A DNA stretch of 64,000 nucleotides from Octopus sinensis (GCF_006345805.1 NW_021833791.1:1-64000), one strand, 5' to 3'; positions 1 through 12,717 are shown, numbered from the stretch's first letter. Translations and numbers: made by a program. The notes: generated from the letters alone by a model not told the origin.

Positions 1-226
1 TATCGAATGCGTATATTGTTGTTAAATGCTCGAAATACGAGAATAGAGAAACAACCAGCAACTGATGACCAGTCGTTCTTCATGTTTGTTTTGTTTTCCA
101 TTTGTGTCTTTCGTTGTTCGAAAAAAATAGTTCGTGTTCCATGTACACGTGCTTCGTATTTTTGTACACATTTTATGACGTCCTCTGCCCAGATATGCAT
201 ATATACATACATACATACATACATAA

Positions 227-272
<46 letters not shown>

Positions 273-329
273 GTATAAATGTAAGTATGTACATATGCGT
301 ATGTATATAGGCATATATATCTATAATAT

Positions 330-800
330 ATCATCATCATCATCATCATCATCATTTAGCGTCCGTTTTCCATGCTAGCATGGGTTGGACGGTTCTGCTG
401 GGGTCTGTGAAGCCAGAAGGCTTCATCAGGCCCAGTCAAATCTGGCAGTGTTTCTACGGCTGGATGCCCTTCCTAACGCCAACCACTCCGTGAGTGTAGT
501 GGGTGCTTTTTACGTGCCACCCGCACTGGTGCCAGACAGAGCTGGCAAACGGCCACGAACGGATGGTGCTTTTTATGTGCCACCGGCACGAGGGCCAGGC
601 GAGGCTGGCAACGGACACGAAACGGGGCGGTGCTGGCAACGGTCGCGAAACGGAAGGTTCTCTTACATGCCACCGGCACTAGTAACACATCTGCAATTTC
701 CATTGATCGATTTCGATTCTGATCCTCACTTGCCTCAATGTGTCTTCACAAGCAGAGTTTCGACATGCCACCGGCACTGGTAGCACATCCGCAATTTCCA
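330..800 (-). mobile_element. RTE-related non-autonomous element / LINE 3' end with (ATG)n tail
   Basis: The (CAT)n run at 330-356 is the tail on the minus strand. It abuts TTTAGCGTCCGTTTTCCATGCTAGCATGGGTTGGACG and CTACGGCTGGATGCCCTTCCTAACGCCAACC, which resembles RTE-type 3' ends (recalled, not searched). Confidence 0.6.
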
Positions 801-1104
801 CATCCGCAACATCCGCAATATATACATATATATATTTATATATATATATATATATATATACATATATATGTATATATATGTGTGTGCGTGTGTAAATGAT
901 CGAAATGTCATACTCACTCCTTTCAGTGGGCGTCAAGCTATAATACATTTTTGTGTACGTTGTCCCGTTTGTTTTCATTTTTCGTTTTTTAACTTACTAT
1001 TTTGCGCGCGCGCGCACAGCCATATATAGAAATAAACAACAGCTAAAAACGTATATGTATAAGTCACAGAGACTCGCTAATTCTTCATCAGTTTTTCGCT
1101 AATA

Positions 1105-2700
1105 CTTTATCAGTTTTCTAAGCCAAATTCCATGTTTATTTCTTTGGCAAAGGCATGTACGCTCTCTTGTACTGTTTCCAGCTGTTTATCATTTGTAGCG
1201 TATAGTTTTAGATCATCCTTATACAAGAGTTGGTCGATTGTTTTCCCGTAAAAGTTGTCTCCATATCTAATTCTAGTTAGCACGTCAGATAAAGGTGTCA
1301 GTGCCAAGCAGAAAGAGTGGAAAGATCGTGTCTCCCTGGAATATTACTGTTCTAACGGGGAGGGCTCTCTTTCGATTATTGTCAATACTTTGGTCATAGA
1401 ATATTATCAAAAGCTTTTCGATAATCGATTCCAGTCATACTTGGACCATTCTTCTCTTGTCGGCTGTCTTCAGTTATGGCTTTATTGACAGGTATCTGAT
1501 GCTTTTGCAGCACCCCTTCTTCTGTTTCAGAAATAGGTTGTTATCTTCCAGATGTTTGCCCATTCTCTGCAGTAAAGGTTTTGTAAATTGTAGCGAGACA
1601 AGTTATCGGTTTGTAATTTTGTGTGTTTCCCGTTTCAGTGGACTTGGTAATCAGGAAATGTTTCCCTTCCATGGGCCCTTCAAATATTGTCTCAGGCTCT
1701 TTTAGTATTTCATCAAATTTCCTGGGCATCGTTTTCTGTATTCCTGTTTGATATTTCAACCAGAAATTGGAGACAGCGTAGTGCATGGTTGCCGACCTCT
1801 TCAGTTGTTATAGGAGTCCAGATTTGTAGAGGAGCTGTTTTTGTTACTTTGAAAGACCTTTTCCTAGGTTGTTCTTAGGTTGTTATTTCCATTGATCTCT
1901 ATTTTATTTTTGCCAAGTTCTAAGTAGAATCTTTTGAGATTGGAGTAGAACTGTTTGTTTTGTTCAAAGAAACGTTGGCGTATCTCATACTGGCGGATTT
2001 TTTGGACTTTGGCGAGGATATCTTGTTTTAGCTGTTCTTTTATCCAGGTATACTTTGTTCTAGAATTTTCTATTTCCATAATATTTTACTTCTGTTCTTG
2101 TTGCTTAGTAGTGTTGATTGTCTACTAATTTCCTTAAGGACTGACTGATCCTTTCTTTTATTTTATATCTTTTTCTAGATATTCTTTATCCACAGGATTT
2201 TTTTTAGGTGGTAATTCTCCTGTTTGGATGGGTTTGAGAGGGTATCCGGCTTTGATATATTATAGCATTTAACCTGATTATACTGAAGTTTGTTTCTGTG
2301 GGTATTAGTTCTGTGACGGCCAGTTTCCTGTTATTTATTATCAATGTGGCTTTAATATCAATCTTAATTTTGGGGAGCTACAGTCAGTTATCCATACTGA
2401 GATCTGAGCCTTCAATTCTTTGATTATATTCATTTTTAGAGTATCATAATCATTAGTTTCACCTTCACTCTTTTAAGGTTTTAGATTTGTTTCGCTTTCC
2501 TTCCTGTTCATATTTTTTGTTTGTGGTGTTCTGATTTCGTGCATATAGCTCATCATTATACATTCATACGGCCTGGGTTTGTTGCCTTTCGTTGTTTTCT
2601 TCCTTTTCGTTACGTTTGACTTCGTATCTTACACTCCCAGTGCTTATGATATTACTTGACATTGCTGTGTGATCACTATCTACGATTTCCTAATGTACAC
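1105..2700 (-). mobile_element. Degraded R4/Dong-like RLE non-LTR retrotransposon (RT region, internal deletions)
   Basis: Fragments LKQDILAKVQKIRQYEIRQRFFEQNK, NFWLKY...NYKPITCLATIYKTFTA and LLYKDDLKLYATNDKQLE align by eye with the element at 40790-44879. Confidence 0.85.
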
Positions 2701-3123
2701 TAAATCGCAAAAGAAACGCAATCTTTTTCAAATGTCATTTTATATTCTAAATATATTTCAGTGATGTAAGAGTAAATATTCCAAAACATACTGATTTATG
2801 GCTGAGACCCAAATTACAGGCAGTCTTTAGACTTTCCTGAAACGGGACGCCAAAATGCAGCTGCGTTGAATGTCGTGGGTAGCAGTCGCAAACTATTGAA
2901 AAGAAAACCGAAATGCACGTGCATCTCGTGGAGGTTATGGCTATAAAAATGAACTTGAACAGCATTCCTGGCATTCCAAATTTCTTCGCCTTTGGAGTAG
3001 TTCATTTCGTACGCGAGTGTTGGATTGTTGGATTATTATTGTTGGAACTCCTTCGTGCTTTTTTTTTTGTTAACGCCACATTTGTTTATGTTCTGCGTTT
3101 CGCAGGCTTTTTTCAACATTATT

Positions 3124-4755
3124 CATATCTATTATATCAACGTCAATGTCTTTATGTGTGTTCGCGTGTTACTTATATATTCAAAAACCGTTGCACCGAT
3201 CATAATGAAATTTGGAACACAAAATCCAAGCCTAGAGAGAAGAGTAATGCTGAGTGTTTCATACAATTTCATGGACCAAAATTACTGAATGGATCCTTAT
3301 GATATTTGAAACTTAGATTCAATGCATAAGGGCGGGTATAATGCAATGTGTGGTTTGAATTTCAGATGGCTTAAAGGGGGCAGAACCCCCCATGAAAATT
3401 CATAAATTTTCGATGTTGATGAAATTTCAACCATGAGTAATTGACACACATCAAGAAGTATTCTCAAAGATTCCACTTCATATGAGGATTCTAAGACACC
3501 ATATTGAGGGCCTTAACTCCCAAATTTTAGTCATTTCTTTTATGATCCAAAATTAGGTCAAAAGTACTGAATGGATCTTTACGAAATTTGGGAATTATAT
3601 TCTATGCATAAGGTCATAACCCCATGACAATTCATATATTTTTGCTGCTGATGAAATTTTAACCACAGATATTAAATACAAATGAAGTAATATTTATAAA
3701 ATTTCATCTTCTTGCAAGTTAGAAAGACCCATTAATGGGGACTTAATACCCACAATTTAGTCATTTTATCTAAGCAAAGACGAATACAGTTGTACTCTTG
3801 GAAGCTGTAGGGTCACCCGAGCATAGAAGATGAGCATTATTTGTAATTCAATGATACAACAGTGTAAGAGTTTGCTTTGGCATACACTTAGATTGTGATT
3901 TCTGCAATGTGGTGCATAAATTGTCAAGAAAATGGGAGGCATCTTTGCTTCCGCTGATTCAGTTGCAAAGTGTTGAGTAAAGTTATTTGATTGCAGACCT
4001 CCTTTCAGTCTTTTTAGTATCACTGAGTCACACATAGTCCCCAGATAGTAACATTGATTTCAAGGCCTTCCCAGATGAGTGACTGGTTATTCAAAGACAT
4101 TTATAGATTGTAAATTTATTCTATCCAGTTACGTATCAGTACAGTGGTCATTTGCAAACTCCAACTTTCATTTCTCCTTAGCCCTCACGTCACACAGTTG
4201 TTAATGTTTATTTCAGTTGGGTCACGCCCTTCCAATTACTATAGATTCGTAATGCATCTTACGGCTGTAATTCTACATTGGGAGTGGTAACGACTGGAGT
4301 AGGGTAGCTGACTGCTTATTGTGATGATTCGTCTTTTGGTTTCCTGTAGCTTTGCTCTATTTTACAAACCCAGTGAACATATATTTCCTATTTCAAAGAA
4401 ATTCAAGCAATAGATATAAGACCCAAGTTAAAAAGATTCTCAACAATTCAACTTCTCTGCTTGACATTAAGACATCCCCCACCAATAGGGGCCTTAACTC
4501 TCACATTTTAGAGTGCTCTAGGACCTCCATTTTTCAGGAGCAAAATCCTTTTAACAGGTTCTATAAGACAAGAATTTTGGAATATGCGCATAAAAATCAT
4601 TAGTATGGGATACATGTGTTACGATTACAATTTTGTTAGGTTGTGTAAAGAGGGAAATAACCCTCATCTGCAATTTTGATGAAATTCGAAACATTACAGA
4701 AAATATAACAGAAAAGTCTAATTCTTCAATTACATGTAACACGGGCAACGTGTAT
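3124..4755 (+). mobile_element. Possible Helentron/HINE-like non-autonomous element with diverged ~235-280 bp internal repeats
   Basis: Diverged repeated blocks (ACTGAATGGATC at ~3284 and ~3566; ACCCCATGA..GATGAAATTT..TTAGTCATTT at ~3385 and ~3619), plus CCGATCATAATGAAATTTGG near the start and CACGGGCAACG at the end. The family call is from recall only. Confidence 0.3.
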
Positions 4756-5044
4756 ATACACACAAAGATAAATTGATAGATACAACTGAGTGCGCAAACA
4801 AAAATATGAGACAGCCTAGTGCTTTTTTATGTTGATAAGCCTGGTACTTATTCTATTAGTTTCTTCTTGTGAAACCAGTAAGTTATGGGGATGTAAATAA
4901 ACGGACAGCAGTTGTGAAGCAGTGATGAGGGCGAAACACAGAAACAAAGTCACACACATACACTTACATATGTACATACATATATAAACGATTGATTTCT
5001 GTAAGTTTCTGTCTACGAAATCCATATATATATATATATATAGG

Positions 5045-5154
5045 GAGAGTTTTCGAAAAAAAACAAAGGACGAAGAGAGGTGGTGTACAAAACAAACAGA
5101 TGTATTAGTATAACGCTCAGGAATAGAAAAAGTCTTTTACGTTTCGAGCCTACG
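5045..5154 (-). repeat. Penelope-type repeat, 3' half of a split hammerhead-like motif
   Basis: The minus strand reads CGTAGGCTC-GAAAC-GTA-AAAG. The complementary 5' half lies at 6280-6323. Confidence 0.5.
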
Positions 5155-6279
5155 TTTCGGATCGATGCTTCACAATAATTACCAACACCATCTTCATCTT
5201 GAGTGCCTTGTGATGAGACTTCATCTTGACTATCTGATACAGTTAAATTCTGCAACATTTTAAAAGACTTGGACAGAATATCACGCTTACTATGGAGACC
5301 AGAGAATCTCATTTCATCATCTTCAGAGTTGTGACGCAGTAGTGGGTTCTTCTGTTTCTTACGAGACACTGTAGGTGTAGTAGCTTCTTCTTCATCAGCA
5401 GGTTTCTCGGTATCAGTCATCCATTGCAATACTTTGAAGGACAGTGGCTGCTTTGATGGATTGCTGCCAGTTAATTTTGTATCGGCAGCTTCCTCAGCAC
5501 GTCGGGCCTCCTCAGCACGCTTTGCTGATTCATTTTCTGACTTCAGATTCACGATAATTTATCTTTGGTTTGTCAGGTAACCTGCAGGGATCATATTTCG
5601 GCCCACCAGAAATCTTCATGTTGTCACCACCAGCAGCAGTAATAAGGCCTCCAGACTGACAAGCTAATTCCTCAGTAGCGGCTTCAGCAGAATACAATCC
5701 TAGAGGAGAATTGTACTGGCCATGAACGAAAGTTCCAGAACCAGCCCCAGGTGTTATAGGGGTAACGGGACTATGAGGTTGCCTAGCATAAGTTGGTGAA
5801 ATAGGGCTTGCATTGCTACTGTGAGGTGAAGGGTAAGACTGCTAATGCTGCTGCTGTGGTTGGGCATAATACTGAGGCTGTGGTGGTGTGTAGGTTGGTA
5901 CTTGGTGGGCAGCTGCTTCCTTCTTTGCAGCCTGCACATCTACCTTCGGTCCTTTCCGGGCAGATTGATTGTAATGCTGTCTGATAGTTCTTGGTATTTT
6001 GGGTCCCTTAGTAGAATCCCGAAAAATAGGTCGTGGTAAAGGTGGCAAAGTAACAAAAGTGTGAGCCTCATTTCTCATCATAGTTTAGCGATTTGTATAT
6101 TCCTTTTTTTAAAAAAAAAAAAGATATATGAAGTGTGTTGCAATAAGATAAATTAATGCGTTTTGTCGAGAAATAGTGATACGAATCTAAAGCCGTCCGA
6201 ATGAAATATCACTGCGAGAAAGAGAAGCGCAATTTTGGACTGATGTCACTGAGGAGAGAAACACAATTTTGATTAACTG
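5155..6279 (-). pseudogene. Intronless disabled copy of a Zasp/PDLIM-like ZM-motif muscle protein gene (probable retrocopy)
   Basis: ATG at 6081. Reading continues past a TAG in a Gln run (5842-5844) into FVHGQYNSPLGLYS (ZM motif, 5689-5727) and RESEVRK, then frameshifts near 5530-5540 into a frame with two SFKxLQ repeats (PLSFKVLQ, LSKSFKMLQ). The copy breaks off after YCEASIR. Confidence 0.8.
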
Positions 6280-6375
6280 ACGCTCTTCAAAAACTCTTTC
6301 TCTTAATTTTTATACAGAAAGGGACACAGAAAAAAACAAGGAGAGAAAAATGTGTGTAGTGGCTAACGATCTATC
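6280..6375 (-). repeat. Penelope-type repeat, 5' half of the split hammerhead-like motif
   Basis: The minus strand reads CTTT-CTGTA-[24 bp insert]-GAAGAGCGT. GAGC pairs with GCTC and CTTT with AAAG of the 5045-5154 half. Confidence 0.45.
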
Positions 6376-7870
6376 ATATATTAATTTTTTGCGTAATAAG
6401 GTAAAAAACCAAGGCTGCATAGATATTAGAGAATTTATAGATAGAAGGTCTTACAGCTGTTTCTAGGATATTAATTAATAATACCCTTCGGATAGCATAA
6501 TACCACGCTTAAAAACAGAATAAGATCTGGGATTGATTCATTCGACTAAAACTTTCTCAAGTCGGTGCCCCAGTAAGGTCACAGTCTTATGACTGAAATA
6601 AGTCAAAGGCAGGAGATAAAAGATATATCATATCAAGATTTCTCAAAAAATGCATCTTGAAATTCCATTTATTATGGTGGCCATTAAATGTGCATTAAAT
6701 GTGCATACAAATAGAAAAGATGTTGCAATATTATATAGCATAACAGATTGGAGAGTAGTTTTAACTGTTTTATGGAAAGACCTAAGTTCTTTCACTTACA
6801 TGGAGGTACTACATTATGTGTATATTTATGAAAATTAGGCTTCATATAAATTTATCAAGAATTGGTAGATTTTATAACAGAAATGTAGGCATTCTTGCAT
6901 CGTTCTGTCACAATAAAATACGTCAAATGTCATTGAAATGACGTAATATTAAATAGCATTGTAGGTAGAAATTCACTGCCAATTAATAAAATCCGTATAT
7001 AATTCTTTCACTTGGTGTAGAGACTTCGTAAAACATTAATCTTATTTTGGTTATTAATGTTCTAAATTTTTCTAGGGTGACTAAGTTACCTGAACTTACA
7101 GACTGCTGTACTAAATACTTGCCAGATATAATTTCTTTACTGTCGTTTCTCTTTCATTTTACCATCATGGAAAATACTCAATAACATCGCTTCCTTTTAT
7201 ATAAATTCCAGTAATATGGTAGGGTAAATATAGTTTATTCTTTCTTTTATTATTGTTGAAATTGTTCAAATACTAAAGGATAAAAGCAATACTTAAAATT
7301 CTCTAAGGATCAGATATGAAGAGATTAGAGGTTTAGTGGTGTCTTTAAATATGATGAGTAAATGTAATATGGAAATGTTTGTCTACTTACCCATTGGCAG
7401 AAGATGCCATTGCCACCGGCCTTCGTCTTCCACCTCTTCCAATCTAGAGAATAATACAAACATGGTTAATTGCAGAAAACGTTTTGGAGTTAGAATGATT
7501 AGCTGTTAGTAGCAAGGTTTAAACAATATGCTTATATGAAGGAGGAGGTATATAAGTAACAGTAGTGTGCAAAAGACAAAGAATAACCACATCTAAAAAT
7601 CCAACTACACACAGATATAGACTCAGAAAATATAATGGGAAAAGATATTTTTATTTTCAGTTTAGTTGTAGAAATCTGAACATAGCTATTATTGCTTTCA
7701 ATAAAGATATGAAATAGTGTTTATAATTATTTTACTTTTATAAGGTTCAGTTTTCATGATATCAGTGAAAATCCCTTAACATATTATTTTAGGCATAATT
7801 TAGAAATGTTTAGGAAAATAAAATCATCAAATGTAATATGAAACACAGTTTATATAAGTATAGATGGATT

Positions 7871-8145
7871 ATTATTTACATTATTTACATTAGTCGGATA
7901 TGTGTCCTCGTGTTGTTTATTGTTGCCACAACGTTTCGGCTTATTTACTGTCCAGCCTTCATCAGGTGTTCTAGTGGAATTTTAGACCCAACCTTAAGTT
8001 CTCATTCTTAAGGTATTTGTTGGTGATGTTACTAAAATTCCACCAGGACACCTGATGAAGGCTGAGAAATAATCAGCCGAAACGTTTTGATAACAACAAA
8101 CAAGCTGAGGACACATAACCGTCTAATGTAAATAATGTAAATAAT
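7871..8145. repeat. Fold-back element: two inverted copies of a SINE 3' body, each with a minimal hammerhead core
   Basis: Arms 7871-7983 and 8034-8145 are imperfect inverted repeats. Plus strand: CTGATGA-A-GGCTG..CAGCC-GAAAC-GTT (8052-8086). Minus-strand counterpart at 7930-7965. Confidence 0.8.
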
Positions 8146-8379
8146 GTACAGAATTCTTCGTCTCTGAAAGAGAGAACAGTATAAATGGATTATAAAGATC
8201 ACATCCGGAAATCATCAAAAAGCTCCAAACAGGCAAAATAGAAGTGATAGTTATTGATAGAAAACAGCATGGAGATGGCTGAATATGATATAGAAGAGTA
8301 AGAGAGAAGACACTTTGCAGATTGTGAAATAATACAATGAAAGAAGAAAATAGGAGCAACAACTGTTTAAAAGAGTTAG

Positions 8380-8645
8380 ATGGTAAGCATTTCAGACGAA
8401 GGCAGGATGTTGCAGCAGATAAATCGTGATTATGGTTGAATAATGGAGAGCTCAAAGAACAAATAGAAGGCCTCATTGTGGTTGCTCAAATCCAGTCTTT
8501 ACAAACGAATGTCATTAAAGCAAGAATAGACAGAACCATGGAAAGTGTTTAGTACAGAATGTGTAACGAAAATGGCGAGTCAATTCTGCAGATAATAAGT
8601 ACTGGAGTTCCTTTTTCACAGAAAGAGTATAAATGCAGGCACGAT
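8380..8645 (+). mobile_element. R4-like RLE retrotransposon fragment (zinc-knuckle region)
   Basis: Degenerate WLNNGELKEQIEGLIVVAQ..IKARIDRT..RMCNENGES..EYKCRHD. Confidence 0.65.
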
Positions 8646-8689
8646 TACTTCAAAGAGGCTTTGGATTCAGGGGATATCGGCTTTTTACA

Positions 8690-9270
8690 GAACTTCGCAT
8701 TCCAGGCCAAGAGCCATGGCACACCATCGATGTAGGCAGTAAAGCTCATCTCCATCCATCGTCCACCCCAAATAGTTAAGCGAAGTGTCACATCTGCTGT
8801 AGTAGAGCGTCACGCACCCTTCCAAATTCGCCAAAGGTCGAATTGTGGCCTTGTTGCTGCATTGAGCATCTTCCACCCTTATTCCTTCGATCGCATACTC
8901 TAGCTCTGAAAATTCAACCTTCGTGCTTAGTGTAGAAGAATAGATCAAGGGCCAGATGTGCTGCCAGTATGTGATACGTGCATTCAAGATGGCGTTGCAA
9001 TTACACACTAGCACTAAAGATCGGGACGTTCCTAGGAAACCCTCGAAAGGCCTGAAGAAATCCTGCTTCCTTTTCACAGGGAAGAACACACAGTTATCAA
9101 TCTAAAGGCACCACCTTCGCTACTGTTCACATCTACAACTAATAACATAGAGTCCAGGAAGACAAAACGCATCTCGAGAATCATGTCTGCCCAGGTCCAC
9201 GGAAATTGAATGGATCTCTAGTCCCAGGTCTTTCCGAAATAGTCCTGTCACTTCGCCACCCCACCACCCA
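8690..9270 (-). mobile_element. L1/Tx1-like APE endonuclease fragment (degraded)
   Basis: RKQDFFRPFEGFLGTSRSLVLVCNCNAILNA resembles a decayed LVLxGDxNAxLD APE motif. Confidence 0.45.
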
Positions 9271-10373
9271 TTCCAGATTTAATAAGAAATGTGAAGATAT
9301 TGAATCTGCTACAAACGGGTGCAAATTTGCGTGTATTCGAATTCCTAGTCTCGCTGATGATTATTACATCCAAACCTAGTAATTTGCGCTCATTAAGCAG
9401 GCAATCCCGTAAAATAATATGAAGCATTCATAAAGATTGCTACAAAAATTTAATTACAACACTGGACGTCAATAATGTGTTTGTGAATGTTTTCCATTCG
9501 GTCAGCCATTCATTTTGTTTGCAGGTTAACATTGTGTGCATGTTTTCCCTTTACAATAATTCATTATAAATTAATAAATATACTCTAAATTCATTATAAA
9601 TTAATAAAAACACTCTAAATAAACTGAAGAAAAAAGACCAAATAGTGGAAACTCATTATTGCTTCTCTCTTGAATGAATTCATAAAACCTTTTCACATAT
9701 TTAAAAAGCAAGAGAATTTCTAGTTCCAAGATACAAGTTTGAGCAACATAGGAAAGTTGATGCTGATTTAAATATATACTGCATCTGATTTATGAATTTA
9801 TAAAGAAAATAAGAAGACTGGTTGCGAAACCTAGGAATGCTTGATGCATTTTTAAAGTAATGAGATACACCTTCTACTCATGTGAACTAAGTACAAGTTG
9901 CAAAGCCACATCAAGTGATGAATCCAAATGAACAGCAAATGAAAATTGAGGGATAAAATAGAAAAAACTAGAGACATTTTCTTATTTATCATTTTAAATG
10001 ATGTATTTAACCAAATGATCGTTTATTCGGAAACTGCTTGCTTTTTATCAAAACCTTCCAAAAACTGCTTGCTTCAAATCTCATCACTGACGATATAATC
10101 ATTCGAATTATTAAGTTGAGATCTTTCTGTATGTAAAATGAAGTTATTTAAGCGGCTGATTTCGTAGATGAAATAAATTAATACATAAAAGGGGAGAGAG
10201 GGAGAGAGAGAGAAAAAAAAAGGCAAGCAAAGAATGGGTCAGATATAATTAAAACTGAACAATTAGTAGAAGTCTGTCAGCATGAAATATCCTGAAAGTA
10301 GACCTTTTGCAAAATCTAAAACGTCTGAATGATATGGCTACATATGCTGCCACATTCTTATGAAAGTATTGTA

Positions 10374-10406
<33 letters not shown>

Positions 10407-10919
10407 GTTTTTTACAATATTGCCGATGTATTATCCTTCACCAAACTTATGTAAAAATGGGCACATGCTCAAACAATGTGAGGGATGCCAAGAAGGGAGC
10501 GGGTAGGTGAGAGAAAGTATGAAAACAATAAGTGCATAAGACACCAACATGAAGACGGAAGTAGTGAGAGGCAGATGTTGTTCAAGGTAAAAAAAAATCA
10601 TTGATACTATGATTTAACATTTACCTGCATTATAATGAGGGTGGAGCGAAATAAAGGCAGTATTCCGAAATTAGTGATCATATTTCTCTAATTCTATATG
10701 TATGAAATTCAGTAACCTGAGGTTCCGCAAAACAAAGGATGCCTGTATAAACGGCGTGAGGTATTTTAAGCACTTATTTGTGTCTATTAACTTACAAGAT
10801 TAGGAAAGGTATTATGTTAGAAAATCAAGCATTTATTATTAGTCGTGACCCTTGGATTAATGGGATTGATATGAAGTTATTGAACCAAAAAACAAAAATT
10901 AGCGTGGGTGAGTCTGTGT

Positions 10920-11145
10920 GATGGCACATGGCCAAGCGGTTAGGGTGCTGCTCCCGTAATCGTCTGTTCGATTTCCAGGCCGGGTGGTGTGTTGGGTTTT
11001 TGAGTTAAACGCTTCATTTCACGTTGTTCTGCAACAACTTGGACATCTCATTTGTGGCACACTAAGCACCTGTACAGGTGATGTCGATTTGATGGAGAAA
11101 GTGAGCTAATGCGCAGCATGAACACGTGATCATAATAAAAAAAAA
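10920..11145 (+). mobile_element. Degenerate tRNA-derived SINE
   Basis: A-box-like TGGCCAAGCGGTTAG and B-box-like GTTCGATTTCC, followed by a SINE-like body ending in an A-rich tail. Confidence 0.5.
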
Positions 11146-11251
11146 TCATTTGTAGGTTGTTCAGAAAGGAAATACAGAACCGTCATTCTCGAAATCGTGA
11201 CTATAGTTAAAAAATATTTGAAAGAAATCGTTTTTTGGTTTCGTAAAGTAT

Positions 11252-11412
11252 ACTAGCCATCTCAATATGGCTAACCACTAAGGGTGGGTGTTACTGTAGC
11301 TTTTAGCCCCAGGAGATCATCGTCTCCAGCTGGCTTTAGGCAGACTTTCTGTGCCCTTTCTGTGCTACAGTAACACCCACCCTTAGTGGTTAGCCATATT
11401 AAGATGACTAGT
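11252..11412. repeat. Inverted repeat with 49-bp arms and a 63-bp spacer
   Basis: ACTAGCCATCTCAATATGGCTAACCACTAAGGGTGGGTGTTACTGTAGC (11252-11300) is mirrored at 11364-11412 with 2 mismatches. Confidence 0.9.
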
Positions 11413-11861
11413 GTACTTTACGATGTCGAGCAGTTACTGTTTACATCTCATTCAGAGATTTATTATTGTTTTTTGGTTTCTTATCCAGAAATCTGCTTTC
11501 CATTGTTCTCCAACAAGTATAAATACAAAGCATTGGCGGGGGTCGGTCGTTTTCGCTTCCATAAGTTCTATGCCTATCGCTTTCTAGCAAGCACCTCTTC
11601 CTAACAGGCATACATGTTACCAAAGTGGCGAGAGCTTCATCATTGTCATTCTCCCTTACCACCATTTAACAACCGACTACTACAGACAACCTTTCTATAC
11701 CTAATCTAACGCGGAATTCAAAGGAAAATAAATCTGGCACGCAAGAACTTTCATCACCATGTTGATTCTTATGGTTTATATTACACTGTCTCACGGAGTT
11801 TGAACACTCTAACAGTATCATAACCTGTTACACACACTCATACACACACGTCTTTGTGTCT

Positions 11862-12065
11862 ATGTTTGTCCCCCACCACCACCGCTTGACAACCGGTGCT
11901 GATATGTTTATGTCCCCGTAAGTTAGCGGTTCGGCTGAAGAGGACGATAGAGTAAGTATCAGGCTTTAAACAATAAGTGCTAGTGCCGCTATATTTGACT
12001 AAAAGTTCTTCAAGGCGGTGCCCCAGCATGGCCTCAGTCTATTTACTGAAGCAAATAAAAAAATA
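11862..12065 (+). mobile_element. SINE 3' body (same family as 49321-49720)
   Basis: GCTTGACAACC..TTAGCGGTTCGGC..GGCGGTGCCCCAGCATGGC, shared with the copies at 20945, 32325 and 49500. Confidence 0.8.
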
Positions 12066-12069
12066 GAAA

Positions 12070-12123
12070 ATAAAAGAACAGATAGACAGACAGACAGATA
12101 AACTGACAGATAGATAGATAGAT

Positions 12124-12200
<77 letters not shown>
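12070..12200. repeat. (TAGA)n microsatellite; similar tracts at 12715-12830, 28600-28730 and 36515-36620
   Basis: Direct reading. Confidence 0.95.
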
Positions 12201-12203
<3 letters not shown>

Positions 12204-12204
12204 C

Positions 12205-12585
12205 TTGAGTATCTCATCCTACTCCAGCAGCGTCGTCTACGTTGGCTCGGTACGTGCATCGAATACCGGACGGAAGGATTCGAAAACCTCCTGTACCGGG
12301 AATTGGCCACCGACACAAGCGCACGAGAATGACTTCATCTTCGGTTCAAGGACGTCTACAAGGGAGTTATGAAGTCGCTTGATCTGGATGTCCTGAGATG
12401 AGAGGAGGTCGCAAATGATCGTCCACACTGAAGTAAATGTCGAAAAGGCCTCTGGAAGATTTTGTTCTGTGGTATGGCTCGGCAGGTGACCCAGAGCACC
12501 ATAGCCTGGGTCCAGTAGTCATATAGGCGAGGGGAGGTGTAACAGAAACTCGCAACCAAAGAAAAACGCACTCGACGGATGCCTA
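12205..12585 (+). mobile_element. RTE-clade LINE 3' fragment (degraded)
   Basis: Frameshifted LLQQRRLRWLG..RIPDGRI..LLY.ELAT..LRFKDVYK, the C-terminal RTE thumb region. Confidence 0.7.
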
Positions 12586-12632
12586 CTCCTCCTCCCCTTC
12601 CACCACCTCCTCCGCCGCCGCCTCCTCTTCCA

Positions 12633-12663
<31 letters not shown>

Positions 12664-12682
12664 TTGTTACCACTACTACTGC

Positions 12683-12717
<35 letters not shown>

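Noticed and set aside
1075-1100. CTGATGA on the minus strand
   Set aside because: No matching stem II or GAAA partner nearby.
5842-5844. TAG rescued by A-to-I editing (UAG to UIG) in the ZM gene
   Set aside because: The stop looks like CAG to TAG in a Gln run, and the downstream frameshift and truncation would still disable the protein.
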